This document shows, piece after piece, positions 1-15,299 of a stretch of 64,000 nucleotides of DNA. The translations under genes and the position numbers were made by a program. Below the pieces are notes generated by a model, which saw only the letters and a program-made list of their open reading frames with translations, ran no database searches and was not told the origin of the DNA. The stretch comes from Macrostomum hystrix. Taxonomy: Eukaryota; Animalia; Platyhelminthes. The stretch spans positions 310,001 through 374,000 of the forward strand of contig CATNEN010000028.1 in assembly GCA_950097015.1 (NCBI GenBank). The letters run 5' to 3'. How positions within the stretch are numbered: the first letter of the stretch is position 1; every line of letters begins with the position of its first letter.

Positions 1-470
1 GTCCTTCAGACAGTGTGCTGTTATCCCCTGGTCCTTCAGACAGTGGGCTGTTATCCCCTGATCCTTCAGACAGTGGGCTGTTATCCCCTGATCCTTCAGA
101 CTGTGGGCTGTTATCCTCTGATCCTTCAGACTGTGGGCTGTTATCCCCTGATCCTTCAGACTGTGGGCTGTTATCCCCTGATCCTTCAGACTGTGGGCTG
201 TTATCCCCTGATCCTTCAGACTGTGGGCTGTTATCCCCTGATCCTTTAGACTGTGGGCTGTTATCCCCTGATCCTTCAGACTGTGGGCTGTTATCCCCTG
301 ATCCTCAGACTGTGGGCTGTTATCCCCTGATCCTTCAGACTGTGGGCTGTTATCCCCTGATCCTTCAGACTGTGGGCTGTTATCCCCTGATCCTTCAGAC
401 TGTGGGCTGTTATCCCCTGATCCTTCAGACTGTGGGCTGTTATCCCCTGATCCTTCAGACTGTGGGCTGT
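1..470. repeat. 30-nt minisatellite ATCCTTCAGACTGTGGGCTGTTATCCCCTG (Galpha-o intron 1)
   Basis: Direct periodicity of 30. Confidence 0.97.
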
Positions 471-592
471 TATCATTCCATGGCTTGATTCCTCAGCTGT
501 TGAGTGACTCAGGAAACATGCTATTACATAAATTTCTCAGTGAGTTCACGCGATTCACCTTTTATCTCCCTTTCAACTCCGATCTATTTCAG

Positions 593-3473
<2,881 letters not shown>

Positions 3474-4798
3474 GACGGCGTCAGGCCGGCTGATTCGACT
3501 GTTTTGGGAACATTTGGAGAGACCATTTTAAGTTGTCAACCTGCCACACTACATGTTATTGTATTATTCTCTACTTAGAATCTCATCTCTTAAAAGCTTT
3601 CTTTGTTTTGTCATAATAAGACTCAGTTATTGGATTCAAAGATTTACTGTAGCTATTGGGAAATTTGTTTTTAACTAATTGTAGACATTGTAGAATGTGC
3701 TAACTTGTTCGAGACATTCTCCAACCTAGTCTAGCAAGGCGGTGATCTAGTCAAATATGTTAGACAGAATTGATACCAATACATTTCTTAAACTGGAACG
3801 CACGTTTAGTTTTCTTAACAAACCTTCTCAGAGTTGAGAAGGCAGGTCCAGTGCATTGTCAGCCAGTTTTACTATTTTTTATTAGTATTTTTCTCCAGAG
3901 CAAATCTCTGATCACCCCTACTCTATCTCTCGTCAAGACCCGTTTTTGTTGTGCACGTTGTCAACCGTTATAAGTGAGGTTTACACTCGTAAAATATCTC
4001 AATTTGTGATTTTATAAATAATCTAGTCAAAGAGTAGTATAAAATGCAAAAAGTTTTTTTAAAGTCTTTATCTTCTAGCTTTTGTTATAATTTGGATTTG
4101 CTGAATGACACACGCAAACGAAATTGACTGCTTATGCTAAACAAATTGAAAAAAAATGGTATATTACATGTTGCATGACAGTTAAACCAACTTATCGTAT
4201 TTAGTTCTTGTTTCTGTTTGTTTGTTTTTTTGTCTCCTTATTCTCATTTTGCTTCTTCGTGATTGATGTCGAGTGCGCTTCAAGACGGTGTTCACGCAAT
4301 TATTTCAAATTATTTGATATTAACAATTTGCTTACATTACTCAAACTTTTATATGCTAATTTATTACATATAAGTATATTAGCTGTGCGATGAGATTCAT
4401 GAGAGCATGTTGTTATGCCTTTTCACTTGTCTCAATCTGTTGTTTTAATTACCATATTTTATATATTATATGTTTTTCATATTTATGTGCGTATTTTTGT
4501 TCTAGGCTTTTCAGTTTTACCAAAAAAACTATTAATGGATACACGTGGCAATGCTTTCTGTGTATCCGTGTCTGCACATTTGTTATAGCTGTAATCATTT
4601 TTAAATGCTTTTTTTATATCTCCCAATTGGTATTAATTGGTTAGTTCTTAAGTTACTTAATTAAAAATGCACTTAAAAGTCTAACTTTACGAGTCAAAAA
4701 CTTACTATCGAAAAGCTAGTATTTTTATATTTATTAGTTACATTATGTTACTAATGGCAACAATTGAAACAAAAAAAACATTTTTTTACATCGCTTGA

Positions 4799-4804
4799 AA
4801 TAAA
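4799..4804 (+). terminator. Candidate polyadenylation signal of Galpha-o
   Basis: First canonical AATAAA that I found downstream of the stop at 3473, after a U-rich 3'UTR-like region. Confidence 0.35.
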
Positions 4805-5305
4805 GTTAATAATAACGCAGTCATCTGTTCTCTAATGTGACTGGTTACATATTTATAAGAAACAAAAAAAGTACATAGCTGCTTTGAGATTGCATTTTTC
4901 ATATTTTCCCCATTTGAAAAATTTTGTTTATCACATCGGTTTGCGCTTTCACTGACTACTATCAGTAGAATATTGCGAAAAAAAACTAACAAAACGCAGA
5001 GAAATATTAAAATGTCATCAACTCAATTGCAGCAGCTCAATTGCGTGTGGATTTAATCAGTATTTGCATTTCATTGTCTCTTTGGTTTAAACTCTGTGAT
5101 TTAAGTTTTCTAAATTATTAACTATTGCATGTCCGTCTGCCTGCTCTACTTACTGGAAGTTTAATAATTGCGAAAAAAAAATCTATTTCGCAAACGCGAC
5201 CTTAGTCAGTTTTCACACAGATTGTTTCATTAAATAGCAGAAATAATTTGCAATTATGGAAGTAGTTCTAGTCCGCGTTCAGGCGATTCCGATCAGGCAA
5301 TCGGG

Positions 5306-7714
5306 TCACAGCAGGGTGTCAAAGCACCCCAGCTCCCTGTCCAGATCGCGGCCTCGCTGGCAGGCCAGCACGAATTCTTGGAAGTTGACGAACCCGTCCC
5401 TGTCCAAGTCCATGGCTTCGAAGATGCGCTCGGCGTGCAGCTGGGCGTCGCAGGGATTTACCTTGGGCCACACTGCGTCACTGAGCATCGCGTAGATTGC
5501 ACTGACCAGCTGCACCATCTCCCGCTTGCTGATGAGACCGTCTTTGTCTGAGTCGTACAGGCGAAAAGCCCAGTCCAGCTTCTCCATGGTGCTGCCCTTG
5601 CAGATCACCGACAAGCCCTGCGAGGTGGCGGGACTCTAGCACTGCCTCCATACAGCTACTCTTCTCGTCATTGAGCCACTCTCCCCGCCATTGAGCCACT
5701 CTCCCCGCCATTGAGCCACTCTCCCCGCCATCCACCCACTCTCCCCGCGATCCAGTCACTCTCCCCGCCATTGAGCCACTCTCCCCGCCATCCACCCACT
5801 CTCCCCGCCATTGAGCCACTCTCCCCGCCATCCACCCACTCTCCCCGCGATCCAGTCACTCTCCCCGCCATCCAGCCACTCTCCCCGCCATCCAGCCACT
5901 CTCCCCGCCATCCACCCACTCTCCCCGCCATCCAGCCACTCTCCCCGCCATTGAGCCACTCTCCCCGCCATCCACCCACTCTCCCCGCCATTGAGCCACT
6001 CTCCCCGCCATCCACCCACTCTCCCCGCGATCCAGTCACTCTCCCCGCCATTGAGCCACTCTCCCCGCCATCCACCCACTCTCCCCGCCATTGAGCCACT
6101 CTCCCCACCATCCACCCACTCTCCCCGCGATCCAGTCACTCTCCCCGCCATCCAGCCACTCTCCCCGCCATCCACCCACACTCCCCGCCATCCAGCCACT
6201 CTCCCCGCCATCCACCCACTCTCCCCGCTATCCAGCCACTCTCTCTACCATCCAGCCACTCTCCTCACCATCTAGCCACTCTCTCTAACATCCAGCCACT
6301 CTCTCTACCATCCAGCCACTCTCTCTACCATCCAGCCACTCTCTCTACCATCCAGCCACTCTCACTACCATCCAGCCACTCTCCTCACCATCTAGCCACT
6401 CTCTCTAACATCCAGCCACTCTCTCTACTATCCAGCCACTCTCTCTACCATCCAGCCACTCTCCTCACCATCTAGCCACTCTCTCTAACATCCAGCCACT
6501 CTCTCTACCATCCAGCCACTCTCTCTACCATCCAGCCACTCTCCTCACCATCTAGCCACTCTCACTACCATCCAGCCACTCTCTCTACCATCCAGCCACT
6601 CTCCCCGCCATCCAGCCACTCTCTCTACCATCCAGCCACTCTCACTACCATCCAGCCACTCTCCTCACCATCTAGCCACTCTCTCTACCATCCAGCCACT
6701 CTCTCTACCATCCAGCCACTCTCTCTACCATCCAGCCACTCTCCTCACCATCTAGCCACTCTCTCTAACATCCAGCCACTCTCTCTACCATCCAGCCACT
6801 CTCTCTACCATCCAGCCACTCTCCTCACCATCCAGCCACTCTCTCTACCACCCAGCCACTCTAACATCCAGCCACTCTCCTCACCATCCAGCCACTCTCC
6901 TCACCATCTAGCCACTCTCTCTAACATCCAGCCACTCTCTCTACCATCCAGCCACTCTCTCTACCATCCAGCCACTCTCCTCACCATCTAGCCACTCTCT
7001 CTACCATCCAGCCACTCTCTCTACCATCCAGCCACTCTCCTCACCATCTAGCCACTCTCTCTAACATCCAGCCACTCTCCTCACCATCTAGCCACTCTCT
7101 CTAACATCCAGCCACTCTCTCTACCATCCAGCCACTCTCTCTACCATCCAGCCACTCTCCTCACCATCCAGCCACTCTCTCTACCACCCAGCCACTCTAA
7201 CATCCAGCCACTCTCCTCACCATCCAGCCACTCTCCTCACCATCCAGCCACTCTCTCTACCACCCAGCCACTCTCTCTACCACCCAGCCACTCTCTCCAC
7301 CATCCATCCAGTTTCTCCAGCACCTTAGAGCTTGCTCACCTGAATGACGGTCTCAAATGTGAGGCAGCCCCTGCCGCTAGGGTCGAAGCTGTTAAACACC
7401 AGGTCGGCGTAGGCTGACGCGTCACCCAGTGGGAAGAACTGCGAGAAGATCTCGCGGAACGCGGCCCGATGCACCAGGCCGGAGGGGCATTCGTTCTTGA
7501 AGCCGCGGTACATCAGCTGCAGCTCCTGCTTGCTGAAGCTAGTCCGCTGGCTGAGGCTGGACAGGCTGGCTGGGCGGTGATGTCGGGCTGCTCGCATGCC
7601 ACCGGAGGCTGCGACGGCAGCGGCGGCCGCTACTCCAGCGTTGGCATCGGCTGACCGACCTGTGTTTGTGTCGTTATTGGCGGACTGTTTAAGAATCGAC
7701 AATTTCTCTTTCAT
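5306..7714 (-). CDS. KCNIP: Kv channel-interacting protein (KChIP, neuronal calcium sensor family), about 228 aa from the first ATG; N-terminus may extend further
   Basis: Exons 7714-7340 and 5617-5306 are joined by a phase-0 GT-AG intron (..TFETVIQ|GLSVICKG..). Motifs: HRPASL..FSKQELQLMYRGFKNECPSG (KChIP hallmark), FSQFFPLGDA, EKLDWAFRLYD; EF3 DSDKDGLISKRE and EF4 DLDRDGFVNFQE. Confidence 0.93.
5675..7310. repeat. 20-nt minisatellite CCATCCAGCCACTCTCCCCG and variants (fills the KChIP intron)
   Basis: Period 20 with a gradient of variants. Confidence 0.97.
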
Positions 7715-8074
7715 GCTTAGAATGGCGGTGCGCAGTGAGAGAGAGAGTGAGAACCAGTGTTCTCCACTGAAAGTTTATCCTACTTTATACTATGCTCCTA
7801 TTGAATGAATTATTAATTTGACAATGTTTCAATCGAGGCCGGATTTGGGAAAAACGATGCGTAATTCCCTGGCGATTAAATCATGTCCTGCTTTTCCCCA
7901 CCAGGGTAAAGTGTCCTGTGAGCTGTCCATCAATCCAACGCCGAGTGTTTGCCTCGCACTCTTAGCCTGAACCTCTTTGCCACTGGGATAAAAATGTAAC
8001 TGTAGATATAATGTAAAAAAAGTAAGCCCTTCTATCATAATAATCCCCATTGTTCTCTGCAAGCATACTAGCTC

Positions 8075-8803
8075 AAAATAATCCCCATTCTGTTAGCATC
8101 CCAATCCCAAATAATCCCCATTCTGTTAGCATCCCAATCCCTGATAATCCCATTCTTTTAGCATCCCAATCCCTGATAATCCCCATTCTGTTAGCATCCC
8201 AATCCCAAATAATCCCCATTCTGTTAGCATCCCAATCCCTGATAATCCCATTCTGTTAGCATCCCAATCCCAAATAATCCCCATTCTGTTAGCATCCCAA
8301 TCCCTGATAATCCCATTCTGTTAGCATCCCAATCCCAAATAATCCCCATTCTGTTAGCATCCCAATCCCAAATAATCCCCATTCTGTTAGCATCCCAATC
8401 CCTGATAATCCCATTCTGTTAGCATCCCAATCCCTGATAATCTCCATTCTGTTAGCATCCCAATCCCTGATAATCCCATTCTGTTAGCATCCCAATCCCT
8501 GATAATCCCATTCTGTTAGCATCCCAATCCCAAATAATCCCCATTCTGTTAGCATCCCAATCCCAAATAATCCCCATTCTGTTAGCATCCCAATCCCAAA
8601 TAATCCCCATTCTGTTAGCATCCCAATCCCAAATAATCCCCATTCTGTTAGCATCCCAATCCCAAATAATCCCCATTCTGTTAGCATCCCAATCCCAAAT
8701 AATCCCCATTCTGTTAGCATCCCAATCCCAAATAATCCCCATTCTGTTAGCATCCCAATCCCTGATAATCCCATTCTGTTAGCATCCCAATCCCAAATAA
8801 TCC
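8075..8803. repeat. 32/33-nt minisatellite ATAATCCCCATTCTGTTAGCATCCCAATCCCAA
   Basis: Direct periodicity. Confidence 0.96.
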
Positions 8804-8810
8804 CGCTCAC

Positions 8811-9077
8811 AGAGGCCGCAGTGATGGCACAGCATCCGCAGGCAGCGAAGACAATCGCAGCAGAGACGACCCAAACTCGAATCCCGGCCCAGACTGTGCA
8901 GCTGGGCCTGCTCTGCCCTGCACTTTCCGCTGACTGCGTCGCCGACTCTTCCGCCGTAGCAGCCGCGCTGGGTGATGCTGGCCCCTGTTGGTCGTCCAGA
9001 GTTCGATTCCGACATGACTGCGGTCGGAGCCGTTAGCATTCGACTTGAGATCCGCTGCTCACTGAGGTCGCTCTGAC
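8811..9077 (-). other. Candidate upstream exon of KChIP
   Basis: Unique GC-rich island between two arrays, ending in a minus-strand donor CT|GTGAGC at 8810. One frame without ATG joins in phase to an acceptor TTTCAG at 7767. Confidence 0.35.
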
Positions 9078-9094
9078 CTGACATGAGGAATTTT

Positions 9095-10690
9095 ATGTCT
9101 GTCATGAGAATGTCCTGTCTGTCATGAGAATGTCCTGTCTGTCATGAGGAATGTCCTGTCTGTCATGAGAATGTCCTGTCTGTCATGAGAATGTCCTGTC
9201 TGTCATGAGGAATGTCCTGTCTGTCATGAGAATGTCCTGTCTGTCATGAGAATGTCCTGTCTGTCATGAGGAATTTCCTGTCTGTCATGAGAATGTCCTG
9301 TCTGTCGTGAGATTATCATTTCCAGCATGAGGAATGTCATTTCCAGCAGGAGGAATGTCATTTCCAGCAAGAGGAATGTCATTTCCAGCATGAGGAATGT
9401 CATTTCCAGCATAAGGAATGTCATTTCCAGCATGAGGAATGTCATTTCCAGCATGAGGAATGTCATTTCCAGCATGAGGAATGTCATTTCCAGCAATGAG
9501 GAATGTCATTTCCAGCATGATATTATCATTTCCAGCATGATACTTTCATTTCCAGCATGATACTATCATTTCCAGCATGATATTATCATTTCCAGCATGA
9601 GGAATGTCATTTCCAGCATGAGGAATGTCATTTCCAGCATGAGGAATGTCATTTCCAGCATGAGGAATGTCATTTCCAGCATGAGGAATGTCATTTCCAG
9701 CATGAGGAATGTCATTTCCAGCATGATATTATCATTTCCAGCATGATACTATCATTTCCAGCATGATACTATCATTTCCAGCATGATATTATCATTTCCA
9801 GCATGATACTATCATTTCCAGCATGATATTGTCATTTCCAGCATGAGGAATGTCATTTCCAGCATGATATTATCATTTCCAGCATGATACTATCATTTCC
9901 AGCATGCTATTATCATTTCCAGCATGAGGAATGTCATTTCCAGCATGAGGAATGTCATTTCCAGCATGAGGAATGTCATTTCCAGCATGATATTATCATT
10001 TCCAGCATGAGGAATGTCATTTCCAGCATGATATTATCATTTCCAGCATGATACTTTCATTTCCAGCATGATACTATCATTTCCAGCATGATATTATCAT
10101 TTCCAGCATGATACTATCATTTCCAGCATGATACTATCATTTCCAGCATGATATTATCATTTCCAGCATGAGGAATGTCATTTCCAGCATGAGGAATGTC
10201 ATTTCCAGCATGATATTATCATTTCCAGCATGATATTATCATTTCCAGCATGATATTATCATTTCCAGCATGATACTATCATTTCCAGCATGATATTATC
10301 ATTTCCAGCATGAGGAATGCATTTCCAGCATGAGGAATGTCATTTCCAGCATGAGGAATGTCATTTCCAGCATGATATTATCATTTCCAGCATGATATTA
10401 TCATTTCCAGCATGATATTATCATTTCCAGCATGATATTATCATTTCCAGCATGATATTATCATTTCCAGCATGATATTATCATTTCCAGCATGATATTA
10501 TCATTTCCAGCATGATATTATCATTTCCAGCATGATATTATCATTTCCAGCATGATATTATCATTTCCAGCATGATATTATCATTTCTAGCATGATATTA
10601 TCATTTCCAGCATGAGGAATGTTATTTCCAGCATGAGGAATGTTATTTCCAGCATGAGGAATGTTTTTTCCAGCATGAGGAATGTCCTGT
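9095..10690. repeat. Compound 20/21-nt minisatellite (CATGAGGAATGTCCTGTCTGT, then CATTTCCAGCATGAGGAATGT / CATGATATTAT variants)
   Basis: Direct periodicity; the unit switches near 9310. Confidence 0.96.
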
Positions 10691-11097
10691 CAGATTTAAT
10701 TGTTCATCATTCACGGCCAATATCATAGGAGATGTAATTTCGTCAGGCGCATTGTTTTGGATTCGTCTGAGTGTCAGTGCAGATGACGTTTGCTTTATTG
10801 ATTGATTCTCGCCCACGTGAGCAAACGCAATATCCCCACCCCAATACTGTCGCCCAGTGAATCTGATTTGCATTTAAATGCTAATCGACAGTCAGTCTGA
10901 AATTCGAATAAAAATAGTATGTACCGAAATTTCACCCCCTGCTGTTTTCGCTCAACGTTGCTTTCCGATTCAATGTGAAAGCAAGCGGATTAATACCTTG
11001 CGATAACTGAAATATTGCTAATTTGAATGATCCTAATACGAAATAATGTAAACTTACTTTCATACTTTATAGTTCTAATTTCAAATAAAATAAACAT

Positions 11098-13355
11098 CTT
11101 ACCTGAAATCCTACTTGCCTCACCTGAAATCCCACTGCCTCACCTGAAACCCAACTTGCCTCACCTGAAATCCCACTGCCTCACCTTAAATCCCACTGCC
11201 TCACCTGAAACCCAACTTGCCTCACCTGAAACCCAACTTGCCACACCTGAAATCCCACTGCCTCACCTGATATCCCACTGCCTCACCTGAAACCCAACTT
11301 GCCTCACCTGAAACCCAACTTGCCTCACCTGAAACCCAACTTGCCTCACCTGATATCCCACTGCCTCACCTGAAACCCAACTTGCCTCACCTGAAACCCA
11401 ACTTGCCTCACCTGAAACCCAACTTGCCACACCTGAAACCCAACTTGCCACACCTGAAATCCCACGGCCTCACCTGAAATCCCACGGCCTCACCTGAAAT
11501 CCCACTGCCTCACCTGAAATCCCACTGCCTCACCTTAAATCCCACTGCCTCACCTGAAACCCAACTTGCCTCACCTGAAACCCAACTTGCCTCACCTGAA
11601 ACCCAACTTGCCACACCTGAAACCCAACTTGCCACACCTGAAATCCCACGGCCTCACCTGAAATCCCACGGCCTCACCTGAAATCCCACTGCCTCACCTG
11701 AAATCCCACGGCCTCACCTGAAATCCCACTGCCTCACCTGAAATCCCACGGCCTCACCTGAAATCCCACTGCCTCACCTGAAATCCCACTGCCTCACCGG
11801 AAGCAACACTGCTCCACCTGAAATTCTATTCTCAAACTTGCAATCCCGATTGTCTCACCTGAAATCCCATTGTCAAACTTGCAATCCCGATTGTCTCACC
11901 TGAAATCCCATTGTCAAACTTGCAATCCCGATTGTCTCACCTGAAATCCCATTGTCAAACTTGCAATCCCGATTGTCTCACCGGAAATCCCATTGTCAAA
12001 CTTGCAATCCCGATTGTCTCACCTGAAATCCCATTGTCAAACTTGCAATCCCGATTGTCTCACCGGAAATCCCATTGTCAAACTTGCAATCCCGATTGTC
12101 TCACCTGAAATCCCATTGTCAAACTTGCAATCCCGATTGTCTCACCTGAAATCCCATTGTCAAACTTGCAATCCCGATTGTCTCACCTGAAATCCCATTG
12201 TCAAACTTGCAATCCTGATTGTCTCACCTGAAATCCCATTGTCAAACTTGCAATCCCGATTGTCTCACCTGAAATCCCATTGTCAAACTTGCAATCCCGA
12301 TTGTCTCACCGGAAATCCCATTGTCAAACTTGCAATCCCGATTGTCTCACCTGAAATCCCATTGTCAAACTTGCAATCCCGATTGTCTCACCTGAAATCC
12401 CATTGTCAAACTTGCAATCCCGATTGTCTCACCTGAAATCCCATTGTCAAACTTGCAATCCCGATTGTCTCACCGGAAATCCCATTGTCAAACTTGCAAT
12501 CCCGATTGTCTCACCTGAAATCCCATTGTCAAACTTGCAATCCCGATTGTCTCACCTGAAATCCCATTGACAAACTTGCAATCCCGATTGTCTCAACGGA
12601 AATCCCATTGTCAAACTTGCAATCCCGATTGTCTCACCTGAAATCCCATTGTCAAACTTGCAATCCCGATTGTCTCACCGGAAATCCCATTGTCAAACTT
12701 GCAATCCGGATTGTCTCACCTGAAATCCCATTGTCAAACTTGCAATCCCGATTGTCTCACCTGAAATCCCATTGTCAAACTTGCAATCCCGATTGTCTCA
12801 CCTGAAATCCCATTGTCAAACTTGCAATCCCGATTGTCTCACCGGAAATCCCATTGTCAAACTTGCAATCCCGATTGTCTCACCTGAAATCCCATTGACA
12901 AACTTGCAATCCTGATTGTCTCACCGGAAATCCCATTGTCAAACTTGCTATCCCGATTGTTTCACCGGAAATCCCATTGACAAACTTGCAATCCCGATTG
13001 TCTCACCTGAAATCCCATTGTCAAACTTGCAATCCCGATTGTCTCATCTGAAATCCCATTGTCAAACTTGCAATCCCGATTGTCTCACCTGAAATCCCAT
13101 TGTCAAACTTGCAATCCCGATTGTCTCACCTGAAATCCCATTTCTAAACTTGCAATCCCGATTGTCTCACCTGAAATCCCATTGTCAAACTTGCAATCCC
13201 GATTGTCTCACCTGAAATCCCATTGTCAAACTTGCAATCTCGATTGTCTCACCGGAAATCCCATTGTCAAACTTGCAATCCCGATTGTCTCACCTGAAAT
13301 CCCATTGACAAACTTGCAATCCCGATTGTTTCACCGGAAATCCCATTGTCAAACG
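11098..13355. repeat. Compound array: 20/21-nt units (11098-11810) then 41-nt unit CACCTGAAATCCCATTGTCAAACTTGCAATCCCGATTGTCT (11811-13355)
   Basis: Direct periodicity. Confidence 0.96.
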
Positions 13356-13807
13356 TGTATTTCCCAATGCCTAACCTGGAATCCTCAGCTATCTTCGATC
13401 CCTATCCGATCCGATCTCACATTTTCATAGAATCTCAGAAATTTCATACTCAATGGCTGAATACTTTCTCCCATATGCAAGCATAAATAATTTACCGCAC
13501 CGTTTTCCATCTCCGAAAAGTAAAATCCTGTGGGATAAATTTTCCAAACTGACAACACAGAGCTGTGAGCGATTTTGCCGTCGCAAAATTTTATTAAATC
13601 GAGAACTGCTTTGCCCGATGGCGCTCGTCATAAAATGTGTGCCTCTCTGTGACTTCTGACACTATAAACCTATTCAGCTCATTGCTGCCACACATCATGA
13701 AAACCGCTCATACTGTGCGTGCCAAGTCCTAAATTGTTTTTACTATTTTAAATTTTTATGAGTCGTAAAAGGTCGATAAACATTCTACTGTCACCCTAAA
13801 ATATCCA

Positions 13808-14910
13808 TCTGTCACTCTGTACCAATTCCCCTGTCACTCTATACCAATTCCTCTGTCACTCTATACCAATTCCTCTGTCACTCTATACCAATTCCTCTGT
13901 CACTCTATACCAATTCCTCTGTCACTCTTTACCAATTCCTCTGTCACTCTATACCAATTCCTCTGTCACTCTTTACCAATTTCTCTGTCACTCTATACCA
14001 ATTCCTCTGTCACTCTATACCAATTCCTCTGTCACTCTATATCAATTCCTCTGTCACTCTTTACCAATTCCTCTGTCACTCTATACCAATTCCCCTGTCA
14101 CTCTGTACCAATTCCTCTGTCACTCTTTACCAATTCCTCTGTCACTCCATACCAATTCCCCTGTCACTCTGTACCAATTCCTCTGTCACTCTTTACCAAT
14201 TCCTCTGTCACTCTTCCTCTGTCACTCCATACCAATTCCTCTGTCACTCTTCCTCTGTCACTCCATACCAATTCCTCTGTCACTCTTCCTCTGTCACTCC
14301 AAACCAATTCCTCTGTCACTCTATACCAATTCCTCTGTCACTCTTCCTCTGTCACTCCATACCTATTCCTCTGTCACTCTTCCTCTGTCACTCCATACCT
14401 ATTTCTCTGTCACTCTTCCTCTGTCACTCTATACCAATTCCTCTGTCACTCCATGCCAATTTCTCTGTCACTCCATACCAATTCCTCTGTCACTCTTCCT
14501 CTGTCACTCCATACCAATTCCTCTGTCACTCTTCCTCTGTCACTCCATACCAATTCCTCTGTCACTCTTCCTCTGTCACTCCATACCAATTCCTCTGTCA
14601 CTCTATACCAATTCCTCTGTCACTCTTCCTTTGTCACTCCATACCTATTCCTCTGTCACTCTTCCTCTGTCACTCCATACCTATTTCTCTGTCACTCTTC
14701 CTCTGTCACTCCATACCAATTCCCCTGTCACTCTATACCAATTCCTCTGTCACTCTATACCAATTCCTCTGTCACTCTTTACCAATTCCTCTGTCACTCC
14801 ATACCAATTCCTCTGTCACTCTTTACCAATTTCTCTGTCACTCCATACCAATTCCTCTGTCACTCTTCCTCTGTCACTTTGACAATCCCTCTGTCACTCT
14901 GACAATCCCT
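13808..14910. repeat. 22-nt (CTGTCACTCTATACCAATTCCT) and 14-nt mixed minisatellite
   Basis: Period 22; 36-nt composite in the 3' part. Confidence 0.95.
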
Positions 14911-15299
14911 ATGTCCCTCTATTTAGTGGGGATTCTAGGAAAGGCATTGTAAAACGACTCACCTGCTCAGCTATCTTGGATTTATCTTTGGCAATTGGCT
15001 TTTTCTATTCAAATATTGGCAGCTTGTCTGTATTTGACCAGGAGCCTCGACTGATTTTAATCCTCTCGCCGGCTGTCTCAACCCCATCTCCTATGTCCCC
15101 TGTTGTCAGCCAATCTTTTTTCTACCAAAGCAGACAGCCCCCGACCGATTCTACGGGTGGAAGCATGCAGAATTCAGTAAAAGGCTGAGTGCCACATGGT
15201 CGGAAACTTTCCTGACTACCCTCATTCTGCTAGGAGAGGCGATGGTCTAAGAAAATATTGAAACTGAAATGAAAAACCGCAAGGCGAAGGAGAAGGAGA

